This document shows, piece after piece, positions 12,459 to 22,750 of a stretch of DNA of 39,708 nt. Within the stretch, counting starts at the first letter, position 1. Every line of letters starts with the position of its first letter. The translations under genes were made by a program, and so were the position numbers. Source of the stretch: a virus; IMG/VR virus record IMGVR_UViG_3300045988_140580. One strand, written 5' to 3'. Under the pieces are notes generated by a model that saw only the letters and a program-made list of their open reading frames with translations, did no database searches and had not been told where the DNA came from.

Positions 12459-14218
12459 TTTTGAACTTAACTCCTGATCAGATACAGGGGAAGATTGATT
12501 ATATTAAGAAGTATTCACAAGCGTCCAATAGTGCTGATGGTTCATTAGTTGATAGTAATGCTAATGTAGACACAAAAAACATAGGCATTCTGGAAGCGGA
12601 ACTGTATAAGCCAGAGACGATTCAGATTAATAGAGAGATTGTGAAGCAAAAGTTAGACAGCATGTTTCCTGGACTAGGAGCACAGTATATCAAGGACATA
12701 GAAAGTCACTTTATTTATATCCATGATGAAACGTCCTTGCGTCCCTACTGTGCTTCTATTACCTTGTTTCCTTTCCTGCTAAATGGTACTAAACCTCTGG
12801 GTGGGACAAGCAAAGCACCAAAGAACCTGCATAGTTTTTGTGGATCATTCATTAATCTTGTCTATCAGGTAGCGTCTGGTTTTGCAGGTGCTGTGGCTAC
12901 TGTCGAATTTCTGCTATATTTTGATTATTTTGCGAGAAAGACATATGGCAGTGCTTACATAACTACTAACAAGAAAGAGGTAGAACAGGCCCTACAGGGT
13001 GTTGTATATGCCTTGAATCAGCCTGCTAGTGCACGGGGAAATCAGAGCGTGTTCTGGAATATCTCTGTATTAGACAAGCATTATTTTGAGCACCTATTTG
13101 GTACATTTCATTTTCCGGATGGTTCACAGGCTATGTATTATGGTTCATTCCATGATTTGCAGGAGCTTTTTATGGAGTGGTTCAGGAAAGAGAGGGAGAA
13201 AGAGCTACTGACATATCCCGTTTTGACAGCTTCTATGCTTATCAACGATGAGGGCGTTCCTGTAGACACAGAATTTGCAGAGATGTGTGCTGAGGAAATG
13301 TCCAAAGGTCTGAGCTTCTTTGTCTATGAATCACAAAGTGTTGACTCACTTGCTTCCTGTTGTCGATTGCGCAATGAACTGTCTGACAATACGTTTAGCT
13401 ATACACTGGGAGCAGGTGGGGTATCTACAGGTTCCATACAGGTTATTACACTGAACATGAACAGACTCGTACAACAGAAAGACCATACTGTGTCTGACAT
13501 TGTAAAGCGTGTTCATAAGTACCTTCTGGCATACAGGGCAGTGATTGAAGATTACATGAATAGTGGTTTGTTGCCAGCGTATACAGCTGGGTTTATTAAT
13601 CTGGACAAGCAGTTTCTTACTGTTGGTATCAATGGCATGTTGGAAGCTTCTGAGTTCCTGCACGGTAAACCAGACATAGACTTCTATAGAGATACATTGA
13701 AGACTATCTACTTGTTGAATAAAGAGGATGGTCAAAGATACAAAGTTAAATATAATACGGAGTTTGTCCCCGCAGAAAATTTAGGTGTGAAGAATGCAAA
13801 GTGGGACAAAGAAGATGGCTTAGTGGTTCCTAGAGACTGCTATAATTCCTATTTCTTTCCTGTAGAGAGCAGTGAGTACAGCATTATAGACAAACTTGAT
13901 ATGCATGGTTTACGTACTACAGCGTTTCTTGACGGGGGAGCAGCTTGTCATCTTAATTTGGCGCAGTTATTGACTAAGAAACAGGCGTATCAACTAATGT
14001 GTCTTGCAGGTAAGAAGGGCGTTAATTACTGGACATTTAACTGCTTAATGACAATTTGTGACGATTGTGGATATATTGATGTGAACACGGAAAGGCAGTG
14101 CACGAAATGTGGAAGTACCAATGTTGGTTATGCCACTCGTGTCATTGGCTATCTCAAACGTATTGATAGTTTTTCCACAGCACGTCAGAAGGAAGCTTTT
14201 AAACGACATTATACTTAA
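12455..14218 (+). CDS. nrdD: Anaerobic (class III) ribonucleoside-triphosphate reductase NrdD
   Basis: C-terminal zinc ribbon CDDCGY...CTKCGS followed by the glycyl-radical motif ATRVIGYL (RVxGY). Size 587 aa, adjacent to the NrdG-like gene. Confidence 0.75.
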   Translation: MILNLTPDQIQGKIDYIKKYSQASNSADGSLVDSNANVDTKNIGILEAELYKPETIQINREIVKQKLDSMFPGLGAQYIKDIESHFIYIHDETSLRPYCASITLFPFLLNGTKPLGGTSKAPKNLHSFCGSFINLVYQVASGFAGAVATVEFLLYFDYFARKTYGSAYITTNKKEVEQALQGVVYALNQPASARGNQSVFWNISVLDKHYFEHLFGTFHFPDGSQAMYYGSFHDLQELFMEWFRKEREKELLTYPVLTASMLINDEGVPVDTEFAEMCAEEMSKGLSFFVYESQSVDSLASCCRLRNELSDNTFSYTLGAGGVSTGSIQVITLNMNRLVQQKDHTVSDIVKRVHKYLLAYRAVIEDYMNSGLLPAYTAGFINLDKQFLTVGINGMLEASEFLHGKPDIDFYRDTLKTIYLLNKEDGQRYKVKYNTEFVPAENLGVKNAKWDKEDGLVVPRDCYNSYFFPVESSEYSIIDKLDMHGLRTTAFLDGGAACHLNLAQLLTKKQAYQLMCLAGKKGVNYWTFNCLMTICDDCGYIDVNTERQCTKCGSTNVGYATRVIGYLKRIDSFSTARQKEAFKRHYT

Positions 14219-14232
14219 GAAAGGAGGACCTA

Positions 14233-14430
14233 ATGATTCTATTAAAATTTCTGATGCGATTGGAAGAGTTTTATCGGAAACAGGCCTATAAGTGCCAGGT
14301 GCGGCGTGTTCAGTATGGTCAGCAGATTATGGAAAAACTGAATTACTCTCTGATTAAACTAAGAGAAGAAACTAAACGTGCAGAAGACAAAATTAAAGAG
14401 AAGATTGAGGATGTAAAGCTGTATATGTGA
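14233..14430 (+). CDS. Hypothetical small coiled-coil protein (65 aa)
   Basis: Strong RBS AAGGAGG. No motif. Confidence 0.45.
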   Translation: MILLKFLMRLEEFYRKQAYKCQVRRVQYGQQIMEKLNYSLIKLREETKRAEDKIKEKIEDVKLYM

Positions 14431-14445
14431 TGGAGGTTGTAAGAT

Positions 14446-16293
14446 ATGTTGTTTTTTGATATTGAAACGGATGGACTATTAGAAGATTTAACTAAAATCC
14501 ATTGCATGTGTATTAAAGACACTTCTACAGACACGATGTATCGGTATACTCCAGAAAACATAGAAGACGGTATAAAAAAGCTTATGGTGGCAGGTGAAAC
14601 GATATGTGGTCACAATGTAATCGCATTCGACTTACCTGCCATTAAGAAGCTGTATCCATGGTTCACTGTTCATAAAGACAAAGTTGTTGATACTCTTGTC
14701 TATGCTCGTCTGGTGTTTTCTGAAGTCAACTATATTGATAACAAACTGACAAGGATAGGTGTCTTACCAAAACGCTTGTATGGTTCACACTCTCTAAAAG
14801 CATATGGATATCGTCTGGGAGTACTTAAAGGTACTTACTGTGAGACAGAAGATGCCTGGGCAATTTTCACTCCAGAAATGTTGGACTATAATGAACAAGA
14901 CGTTGTTGTAACAGAAGCTCTGTATAAGAAATGCAGTAAGAAAACTACTACGGAACAGGCTTTGTCTTTGGAACATAAGGCTCAGTGGTTGATGGTAAGG
15001 ATGGAGAACAATGGATTTACGTTCGATAAAGAAAAGGCGATAGAGCTTATGTCTACATTACAGAATAAACAGATTGAAGTACTGAATCAGTTAGCCCATA
15101 TGGTTCCACGTATACCCGACAAAGTTTTCATCCCTAAAAGAGATAACAAAAGTAAGGGATATAAAGCAGGCGTTCCTATTCAGCGCTACAAAGAATTCAA
15201 TCCTAATAGCAGACAGCAGGTTCTATGGATCATGAAAGATTACTACAAATATCCTTTCAGTAATCCGGATATGCATACTGAGGATGGAAAAATACAGCTG
15301 AATGAAGAAACCTTTAAATTAATAGTAAAAGACACAGAAGCACCAGAAGAAGTTCGTAAACTTGCTGAGCTATTTCAAGAAAACTTCTTACTGACTAAGC
15401 GACTAGGACAACTGATTGATGGGAAAAACGGCTGGCTGAAACTCGTAAGTGAAGATGGGAAAATACACGGACATGTTAATCCTAATGGAGCTATTACAGG
15501 CAGAGCCACACACAGTAAACCTAATATTGCTCAAGTACCACATGTTGGCACAGAGTATGGCAAGGAATGCAGAGAACTGTTTACCGTACCCAAAGGATGG
15601 TATCAAGCCGGCATAGATGCATGTGGACTGGAACTACGGTGTCTATCTCACTACATGTATCCATTTGATGATGGTGAATATGCTAATGAATGTGTTAATG
15701 GTGATATTCATACGAAAAACCAGATAGCCGCAGGATTGCCAGAGAGAAATATGGCGAAGACGTTTATATATGGCTTTTTATATGGTGCAGGTGATGCAAA
15801 GATTGGACAGATTGTAGGTGGTACAGCAGAGCATGGAGCAGAACTACGGAAGAAGTTCTTAAAGGAAACTCCTGCTATCAAGAAATTACAGAGTTATGTA
15901 AAAAATCTTTTGTCTGAATATGATGTAGGACTCAGACAAAGGAAATGGAAAACACGATATTTGAAGGGACTTGATGGTCGATTGCTTTATACTCGGTCTA
16001 TCCATAGTGCCCTTAATCTACTATTACAGTCAGCAGGTGCTATTGTCTGTAAATACTGGATTGTACGAACTGAAGAACGCTTATTGAACCTGGGATTAGA
16101 CCATGGTAAAGATTTTCAGCTCATGGCATGGGTGCATGATGAACAACAGATAGCGTGTCGTAATAAAGACATTGCTGGGATTGTAGTAAGAGAAGCACAG
16201 GAAGCTATGAGGGATACACAAAAATACTATAACTTTAAGTGTCAGTTAGATACGGAAGGTATCATAGGGCACAATTGGTACGAATGTCATTGA
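14446..16293 (+). CDS. T7 gp5-like family-A DNA polymerase with 3'-5' exonuclease
   Basis: Exo I motif MLFFDIETDGL. Long identities to T7 DNAP, for example GDIHTKNQIAA and KTFIYGFLYGAGDAKIGQIVG, and the LDTEG...ECH C-terminus. It is shorter than T7 gp5 in the thioredoxin-binding region. Confidence 0.96.
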   Translation: MLFFDIETDGLLEDLTKIHCMCIKDTSTDTMYRYTPENIEDGIKKLMVAGETICGHNVIAFDLPAIKKLYPWFTVHKDKVVDTLVYARLVFSEVNYIDNKLTRIGVLPKRLYGSHSLKAYGYRLGVLKGTYCETEDAWAIFTPEMLDYNEQDVVVTEALYKKCSKKTTTEQALSLEHKAQWLMVRMENNGFTFDKEKAIELMSTLQNKQIEVLNQLAHMVPRIPDKVFIPKRDNKSKGYKAGVPIQRYKEFNPNSRQQVLWIMKDYYKYPFSNPDMHTEDGKIQLNEETFKLIVKDTEAPEEVRKLAELFQENFLLTKRLGQLIDGKNGWLKLVSEDGKIHGHVNPNGAITGRATHSKPNIAQVPHVGTEYGKECRELFTVPKGWYQAGIDACGLELRCLSHYMYPFDDGEYANECVNGDIHTKNQIAAGLPERNMAKTFIYGFLYGAGDAKIGQIVGGTAEHGAELRKKFLKETPAIKKLQSYVKNLLSEYDVGLRQRKWKTRYLKGLDGRLLYTRSIHSALNLLLQSAGAIVCKYWIVRTEERLLNLGLDHGKDFQLMAWVHDEQQIACRNKDIAGIVVREAQEAMRDTQKYYNFKCQLDTEGIIGHNWYECH

Positions 16294-16314
16294 TGAGAAG
16301 GAGACAGGACTATT

Positions 16315-17010
16315 ATGAAATTTGAAGAAGCAAAGATTGGTATGGAAGTAATTTGGAATGGAAGTATTAAAATGAAAGGGACAATTACCATTATCGACAC
16401 ACAGGATAAAAGTGTATTGGTTGTATCGGATGACGAATTTTTTAAATTGTGGTTTTTTGATGACAGTGAGAATCCAACGTTTGATTTAAAAACTTTAAAA
16501 CCCTATAATAGCATTCAGATTACCAAAAAGCCACCTAAGTTTGACATAGATCTAATAGATAGTAAAGAGTTTCAATCTTATGTTGAGACTGTTATTGCTA
16601 AGTATGAGAAAGAGTTTTTACCTGAGGGGACATGCCTTACACATGTGTCTATTCGCAAAGATGGAGAAATCGTAGTGAAGGACAACAGTGGGAAGACAGG
16701 GATTTCAAAATGCCACCCTGATGATGCTTTTAATATCGAAGTGGGATTACAGTTAGCTATGAAGCGATTGGCAGAAAGGCTCCCTTTCATTCCTAAAGAT
16801 GGGGAAGAATATTACTCAATCTTACCTACTTCAGGAACGGTGTATAGCAGTGTTTATTATGGGGGTATATTTAGTGATGCCTTCAACAAGGCCATGGGTA
16901 ATTGCTTCCGCACAGAAAAGGTAGCAAAAGAGAACAAAGACAAAATAATGGCTCGATATGAAAATATCTTAAAATTAGCTGAACTGAATGCTGTAGGAGA
17001 TAAAGGATAA
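16315..17010 (+). CDS. Hypothetical protein (231 aa)
   Basis: ORF with RBS. Sits in the position of the T7 5.x genes. No confident motif. Confidence 0.5.
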   Translation: MKFEEAKIGMEVIWNGSIKMKGTITIIDTQDKSVLVVSDDEFFKLWFFDDSENPTFDLKTLKPYNSIQITKKPPKFDIDLIDSKEFQSYVETVIAKYEKEFLPEGTCLTHVSIRKDGEIVVKDNSGKTGISKCHPDDAFNIEVGLQLAMKRLAERLPFIPKDGEEYYSILPTSGTVYSSVYYGGIFSDAFNKAMGNCFRTEKVAKENKDKIMARYENILKLAELNAVGDKG

Positions 17011-17159
17011 TGAAATATTGTGCTCATGTGAAATATAAATTAGATGAGTATGTTCTCATTGAAGCTGATTCAGAAGAAGAAGCATATGACAAAATAGAAG
17101 ATGTAATACATCCGTTTGCTGAGGATATCGAGGTTATATCAATATACAGAGAGAAATAA
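17010..17159 (+). CDS. Small acidic hypothetical protein (49 aa), not in ORF track
   Basis: ATG overlaps the preceding stop (TAATG), preceded by GGAG. It fills the gap before thyX. Confidence 0.35.
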   Translation: MKYCAHVKYKLDEYVLIEADSEEEAYDKIEDVIHPFAEDIEVISIYREK

Positions 17160-17176
17160 AATAAAAGGGGGTATGC

Positions 17177-17761
17177 GTGTTGCCTAAAGTAGAACTAATT
17201 GCTATTACACCTAACTATATTCAGTTAATTCAGCGGGCTATGGGAGAGTGCTATCAGCGCCCTGTAGGAGAAAAGACGGTAAAGAAAGCTATTCAAGCAG
17301 GGCATTTGTCTGTACTTGAACATTGCTCAGCAACGTTTGAGATTCAGTGCTCTATTTCTGTGTTGCTACAACTGACCAGACACAGACATTTTTCCTTTAC
17401 AGTACAGAGTTCTAGGGGATGCGAACTTACACACTTTCACAAGACTGGCATTGAGTTTTTAGATAGTCTGCTGATAGAGCATATGGCTGATTATAAGTAT
17501 GCTGTAGAAGATGGTTGTAAGAATAAAGAAGATGCTGCTTACTTATTGCCTAAAGCCGCTGAATATAAATTACTTATTACAGGAAACTTCAGGGCATGGT
17601 ATGAGTATTTGCCTAAGCGGATGTGCAAGAGAGCACAGAAGGAACATAGACAAATGGCAGAACAGATTCAGAAACTGTTAGCAAAGACAGCACCAGAGAT
17701 TTTTGATAGAGATTTTATGAATTGCGATAGATGCACTGAAAAGAGTTGTTCGTTCTCATGA
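17177..17761 (+). CDS. thyX: Flavin-dependent thymidylate synthase ThyX
   Basis: ThyX signature RHRHFSFTVQSSR (RHRx7-8S). GTG start after AAGGGGG. Confidence 0.8.
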   Translation: MLPKVELIAITPNYIQLIQRAMGECYQRPVGEKTVKKAIQAGHLSVLEHCSATFEIQCSISVLLQLTRHRHFSFTVQSSRGCELTHFHKTGIEFLDSLLIEHMADYKYAVEDGCKNKEDAAYLLPKAAEYKLLITGNFRAWYEYLPKRMCKRAQKEHRQMAEQIQKLLAKTAPEIFDRDFMNCDRCTEKSCSFS

Positions 17762-18513
17762 TGAATCTTATTTTTGATGCTGACATGTTACTTTTTATCT
17801 CTCTCCTGGAATGTGAAAAAGCTGTTCATTGGAGCAATGATATTTGGACCTTGCACTGTGATATGAGAGAAGCATGTGTCTATTATGATAACTTTGTTAC
17901 TGATCTTACGGAAAAAGTATTAAATCATTATAAATATGATGGAGACTATAAGCTGTTCATGTGTCTTACTGATAAAGAACATGATAATTTCCGTAATGTA
18001 GAAGTTTTTGCTGACTATAAAGCGAATAGGAGGAGCAAGCGTAGACCTGTGTGTTTCAATCCGATGCGTGAATGGATTCGTGATAACTATATTAGCTACA
18101 TGGAACCACATCTAGAAGCGGACGACTGTGCAGGTCTTTTGACACGTGAAGTTGATGGTGATTACATTCTTATTTCGGGAGACAAAGATTTTCGCTCGAT
18201 ACCGGGTAAATTCTATGATTTCATGAGAGACAAATATTTCCAGACAACAGATGAGGATGCAGCCAAATTTCATCTATATCAAACTATTTTAGGAGATTCA
18301 ACAGATAATTATAAAGGTGCTCCGGGATTTGGTGAAGTGAAAGCAAAACGCATTCTAGATGAACTGGGGTACACATGGGAAACGGTGGTAAAAGCATATC
18401 AAGGGAATGAACAGGAAGCCCTGAAAAACGCAAGGTTAGCATATATCTTGCACAAGGCAGGTGATTATGATTGGAAAACAGGGAGTATAAAGCTCTGGGA
18501 ACCCGATTCGTAG
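17758..18513 (+). CDS. T7 gp6-like 5'-3' exonuclease (FEN family)
   Basis: DYKANRRS matches T7 NYKANRK, and ISGDKDFRSIPGKFYDF matches T7 SCDKDFKTIPN. LYQTILGDSTDNYKGAPGFG is also conserved. Confidence 0.88.
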   Translation: MMNLIFDADMLLFISLLECEKAVHWSNDIWTLHCDMREACVYYDNFVTDLTEKVLNHYKYDGDYKLFMCLTDKEHDNFRNVEVFADYKANRRSKRRPVCFNPMREWIRDNYISYMEPHLEADDCAGLLTREVDGDYILISGDKDFRSIPGKFYDFMRDKYFQTTDEDAAKFHLYQTILGDSTDNYKGAPGFGEVKAKRILDELGYTWETVVKAYQGNEQEALKNARLAYILHKAGDYDWKTGSIKLWEPDS

Positions 18514-18971
18514 TTTCCTATGGTAGTCAGGATACCGAACTTGTCTATAGTGTTTACGAACGTTTATGGGAGTTACGGAAAGGACACAAGGTAATCGAGC
18601 CACTTGCTGACAAAGACAGAGTATTCAGAATGGTTACTGAACTGAACAGGTATGGTCAACTTGCCTATTTTTATTACAAAGACACCCTTGTTGGTGTAGT
18701 GGCCTTTAATATCAATCCGGATTTTGTCTGGTGGGGATATATGGTTAAGGCTGTGGAAGAAGTCTTTGTCCTGAGCATGTCTGATGATTATGCAGGGTTC
18801 GGCAGAGTGGCGGCTCAGTTTTTAAAAGATTTGTGCAAGGAAAATCAATGTGACTTAGTGTTTGCAGGGGCGTTTCTGGGTTCTAACAATAGCTATAAAA
18901 AGGTTAAGGGGTATTCTGAGGAGTACCCCACTTACGTTTGTCTTAGAAAGGATTGTGATGCTGTTGAATGA
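18471..18971 (+). CDS. Hypothetical protein, possibly GNAT-like. The true start is probably internal, because the 5' end overlaps the exonuclease gene.
   Basis: ORF with an alpha/beta pattern and a DYAGFGRVAAQFL segment reminiscent of acetyltransferase motif A. Weak. Confidence 0.35.
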   Translation: MENREYKALGTRFVVSYGSQDTELVYSVYERLWELRKGHKVIEPLADKDRVFRMVTELNRYGQLAYFYYKDTLVGVVAFNINPDFVWWGYMVKAVEEVFVLSMSDDYAGFGRVAAQFLKDLCKENQCDLVFAGAFLGSNNSYKKVKGYSEEYPTYVCLRKDCDAVE

Positions 18972-19149
18972 AGAATTACGGTATCTAGTGTCTGCACAAT
19001 TAATCGCAAATTTACGGGAGACATTTACACCTAACTATTTCCTTAACGCTAATAAAAAGTTTACTGCTGAGTATCAGTTAGGTTTTATGGACGGTATATG
19101 TTCCCTTATTAATTATTTAGAAAACAGTATTGATGGGAAAGGAGAATGA
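18958..19149 (+). CDS. Hypothetical small protein (63 aa)
   Basis: ATG 18958 overlaps the preceding stop. Confidence 0.35.
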   Translation: MLLNEELRYLVSAQLIANLRETFTPNYFLNANKKFTAEYQLGFMDGICSLINYLENSIDGKGE

Positions 19150-19156
19150 TTTACGT

Positions 19157-19462
19157 ATGAGTGGTGGAATTGGTAGGGCACTGAAGAAGGTAGTGTCTGC
19201 ACCATTTAAAGTTGTTGGGAAGGTTCTTGGTGTTGGTGGTGGCGGTTCACAGACTGTAAAGGTACAGACACCGGAAGTTACAGGAGCACAGATACAGGCG
19301 AGTACGCAGGCTCAGGCTCCAGAAGCACCTGTATTAGGAACTGAAAATACCACATTAGATTCCAATGGCAAGAAGAAGAAAAAAGGTAAAGCAGGGCTTC
19401 TCATATCTAAAGACAACGGTTCTGGCGGCAACAGTGGTGGTTACACAGGGCTGAATATTTAA
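19157..19462 (+). CDS. T7 gp7.3-like virion/ejected protein
   Basis: Gly/Lys-rich, low-complexity protein of about 100 aa ending ...GGYTGLNI (T7 gp7.3 ends ...GGGINI). Immediately upstream of the portal gene. Confidence 0.6.
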   Translation: MSGGIGRALKKVVSAPFKVVGKVLGVGGGGSQTVKVQTPEVTGAQIQASTQAQAPEAPVLGTENTTLDSNGKKKKKGKAGLLISKDNGSGGNSGGYTGLNI

Positions 19463-19465
19463 GAT

Positions 19466-20989
19466 ATGGCGGATATTACGACACAGGAAATGCAGGAGCA
19501 GGGAGCAAAGAAGACATATGAACGATTAAAGTCGGACAGACAGCCTTATGTTGATCGTGCTGTTGATTGTGCAAAGGTCACTATTCCTGCATTGTTCCCT
19601 AAAGAAAATGATGATAAATCTACGAAATATGAGACACCATATCAATCGGTAGGAGCAAGAGGTGTCAATAACCTTGCGTCTAAGTTGATTCTTGCACTCA
19701 TGCCGCCGAACTCGCCTTTCTTCAGATTAGGTATGTCTGATGAAGTATTAGCTGAGTATATGAATAATGGGCAGGAAGACACAAAAGCTCAGGTTGAACA
19801 GGCTCTGATGATGATTGAGAACAGAGTGATGAAGTACATAGAGTCTAATCAGATACGTGTTACGGTCCTGGAAAGTATTAAACAGCTGATTGTTGCAGGG
19901 AATGCCTTGCTGTTTCTTCCACCTGCTGAGGGCGGTATCAAACTATACAAACTGATGGACTATGTAATACAAAGAGATGGATTGGGCAATGTCGTGCAAA
20001 TTGTTACATTAGACAAAGTGGCGTATGCAACACTTGATGAAACCATACAAAACCTTATTAAGACAGACAAGAAACCAGAAGACCTTATAAATGTATATAC
20101 ACATGTGTGCAGAAGTGGTGATAACTATTTGTCTTATCAAGAGGTGGATGAACAGGTAATTCAAGGAAGTGAACAGACTTATCCCGTAGCTAAGACACCT
20201 TATATTCCTATTCGTATGGTCAAGATGGATGGTGAATCTTATGGCAGGTCCTTCTGTGAAGAATACTTAGGTGATTTAAACTCTTTGGAAAATTTGTCTA
20301 AAGCCATGTTCAAACTGTCAACTATAGCAGCTAATATCTACTTCCTTGTAAATCCCAATGGTGTAACAAGGGTTAAGAAATTGGAAAATGCTGCCAGCGG
20401 TGATTTTGTTGCAGGTCGTAAGGAAGATGTCGATGTATTACAGTTGGACAAATATTATGACTTCAATATGACAAAGGCGCAGGCCGATGCTATAGAAAAT
20501 CGGTTGTCTTTTGCATTCCTTTTGTCTTCTGTAGTACAGCGGAATGCTGAACGAGTAACCGCTGAAGAAGTTCGAACAGTAGCGTCTGAACTTGAAGATA
20601 CTCTCGGTGGAGTTTATTCTATTTTGTCTCAAGAGCTTCAATTGCCGTTGGTACGGCGTATCCTTAATCAGTTACAGAGTACAGGGGAAGTTCCGAATTT
20701 ACCAGAAGGGACAGTAGAGCCTACTATTACTACTGGTCTTGAAGCACTGGGAAGAGGGCATGATCTTGAAAAATATGCTACTGTATTGAATCTTATTTCA
20801 CAGATACCAGGAGCGCAGGAAATGATTAACTGGAATGTCATGCTTCTTAACTTATTTACTGGTGTTGGTGTAGAGACAGAAGGTTTGATTAAGACACAGC
20901 AACAGATAGAGGAAGAACAGCAAATGGCTATGGGGCAGGAAATGGCAATGCAAGCAGTAAAGGAAGGTGGTGACGAAACGAATGGCTGA
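19466..20989 (+). CDS. Head-tail connector (portal) protein, T7 gp8-like
   Basis: Extensive identity to T7 gp8, for example KTYERLKSDRQPY, GESYGRSF.EEYLGDL and LGGVYSILSQELQLPLVRR. Confidence 0.95.
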   Translation: MADITTQEMQEQGAKKTYERLKSDRQPYVDRAVDCAKVTIPALFPKENDDKSTKYETPYQSVGARGVNNLASKLILALMPPNSPFFRLGMSDEVLAEYMNNGQEDTKAQVEQALMMIENRVMKYIESNQIRVTVLESIKQLIVAGNALLFLPPAEGGIKLYKLMDYVIQRDGLGNVVQIVTLDKVAYATLDETIQNLIKTDKKPEDLINVYTHVCRSGDNYLSYQEVDEQVIQGSEQTYPVAKTPYIPIRMVKMDGESYGRSFCEEYLGDLNSLENLSKAMFKLSTIAANIYFLVNPNGVTRVKKLENAASGDFVAGRKEDVDVLQLDKYYDFNMTKAQADAIENRLSFAFLLSSVVQRNAERVTAEEVRTVASELEDTLGGVYSILSQELQLPLVRRILNQLQSTGEVPNLPEGTVEPTITTGLEALGRGHDLEKYATVLNLISQIPGAQEMINWNVMLLNLFTGVGVETEGLIKTQQQIEEEQQMAMGQEMAMQAVKEGGDETNG

Positions 20990-21719
20990 TGAATTGACTA
21001 ATGTAGAAACTACTCCCACAGTGGAAAACAATGATGTAGAAATTAAGACAAATCAGAATATTACTATCGAAGCGCAAGGGGATACTCATGAATCTACGAC
21101 TACTATGAATGAGGAGCAGACGAATGAACCTACTGGGCAGGATGTAGATGCGAATGTACAGCAACGTATTGATGCTCAGACACAGGCAAATACAGACCTT
21201 AAAAACGATTTGTCTAACAAAGGTGTCGATTGGAATGTTCTTGAAAAGGAATATACAGATAACGGTGAGTTGTCCAAAGAATCCTTGGAAGCATTAGAAA
21301 AGGCCGGATACCCTAAGAGCGTAGTAGATGCATACATCAATGGTATGGAAGCTGAGTATGAACGGCTTGCTATGCATGTTGTAGAAAGTGTAGGTGGTGC
21401 AGAACAATTTACTAAATTACAGAATTTTGCAAAGACACAGAATGCAGACTATCAGAAAATGTGGAATGACACGATGAATAGTGGCAATGTGTTAGCAATT
21501 AAGACGATGCTGTCTGGTATCCAGTCTGACATGATTGCAGTTCAGGGTACACAGAAAAGTACTATTATGGGAAGTGGTTCTTCTGGGGCAGGCAACGGAA
21601 ACGCAGGATTCACTTCTAGACAGGACATGATTAAAGCTATGTCTGACCCTCGGTACGGTAAAGACAAAGCCTATACTCATGAAGTTGAACAAAAGGTTAT
21701 TAATTCTAAATTATTTTAA
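20982..21719 (+). CDS. Capsid assembly (scaffolding) protein, gp9-like
   Basis: Position between portal and capsid. Acidic and Gln/Glu-rich. ATG 20982 follows GGAAGGTGGTGA. Confidence 0.75.
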   Translation: MADELTNVETTPTVENNDVEIKTNQNITIEAQGDTHESTTTMNEEQTNEPTGQDVDANVQQRIDAQTQANTDLKNDLSNKGVDWNVLEKEYTDNGELSKESLEALEKAGYPKSVVDAYINGMEAEYERLAMHVVESVGGAEQFTKLQNFAKTQNADYQKMWNDTMNSGNVLAIKTMLSGIQSDMIAVQGTQKSTIMGSGSSGAGNGNAGFTSRQDMIKAMSDPRYGKDKAYTHEVEQKVINSKLF

Positions 21720-21743
21720 ACAAAAGGAGATTGATTAATTAAT

Positions 21744-22736
21744 ATGGCAAATTTAACAAATATTTCTCAGCCCGGGCTTAATCAGGGGCAGTCTGATGCT
21801 TTGCAGGGTTTTCTTAAAGTATTCAGTGGTGAAGTTATTTCTGCATTCGATAGAGCTTCTAAAAGTGTGAATAATCATATCGTTCGTACTATTTCCAGTG
21901 GCAAGTCAGCAAGCTTCCCTGTAATGGGTCGGGCGACTGCTCACTATCTTGCACCGGGCCAGTCTTTGGATGACGTACGAGAAGCCATTCCGCATAACGA
22001 AAAAGTTATTGGTATTGATGGCTTGCTTACTTCTGACCAGTTGATTACTGACATTTATGAAGCTATGTCTCACTTTGATGTACGACAGGAATATTCCAAA
22101 CAGATGGGTGAAGCACTTGCTTTGTCTGCCGATGGTGCTATTCTTGCTGAAATTGCTAAACTGGCTATTGCTAATACTGAAAACATTACAGGTCTTGGTA
22201 AAGGTATTATCATTGAGAAAAAGCTGGCTTCTGGTGACATTGGTATTACGGAAGCTGAAGGTAAGATGATTGTACAGATGCTTCTCGAACTGAAAGCTAA
22301 GTTTTCTAATCAGTACGTACCCAATGATGAACGCTATGTCTATATGAAACCAGAAGGGGTAGCAGCTCTCATTAATTCGTGGAATGCTATCAACCGTGAC
22401 TATGGTGCTGTTGGTACTATTGTTGATGGGAACATTACCAAACTCGCAGGATTCAATATCATTGAAGTTCCTCATCTTACTATTGGCGGAGCAGATGGTG
22501 AACATGTCTTGCGGTCTGGTGTTGCTCATGATTTCCCGTCTGCATATAAAGACAAAACCGTATTTGTCGCCGCTCATCATACTGCTGTTGGTACAGTTAA
22601 ACTGAAAGACCTTGCTGTAGAAACTGCCCGTCGTATCGAATACCAGGCGGATCAGGTAGTTGGTAAGTATTCTATGGGACACGGTGGTTTGCGTCCGGAA
22701 GCTTGCGCAATCGGTACTATTTCTGCTTCTGTATAA
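21744..22736 (+). CDS. Major capsid protein, T7 gp10A-like
   Basis: SSGKSASFPVMGRA...AHYLAPGQSLDD and the C-terminal MGHGGLRPEA match T7 gp10. Confidence 0.95.
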   Translation: MANLTNISQPGLNQGQSDALQGFLKVFSGEVISAFDRASKSVNNHIVRTISSGKSASFPVMGRATAHYLAPGQSLDDVREAIPHNEKVIGIDGLLTSDQLITDIYEAMSHFDVRQEYSKQMGEALALSADGAILAEIAKLAIANTENITGLGKGIIIEKKLASGDIGITEAEGKMIVQMLLELKAKFSNQYVPNDERYVYMKPEGVAALINSWNAINRDYGAVGTIVDGNITKLAGFNIIEVPHLTIGGADGEHVLRSGVAHDFPSAYKDKTVFVAAHHTAVGTVKLKDLAVETARRIEYQADQVVGKYSMGHGGLRPEACAIGTISASV

Positions 22737-22750
22737 GTTTATTTATGGTT

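Noticed and set aside
21906-22682. 258-aa minus-strand ORF antisense to the major capsid gene
   Set aside because: It lies entirely inside the highly conserved capsid CDS on the opposite strand. It has low-complexity F/S/N-rich composition, no RBS and no homology. Long antisense open frames are expected opposite strongly conserved, codon-biased genes.
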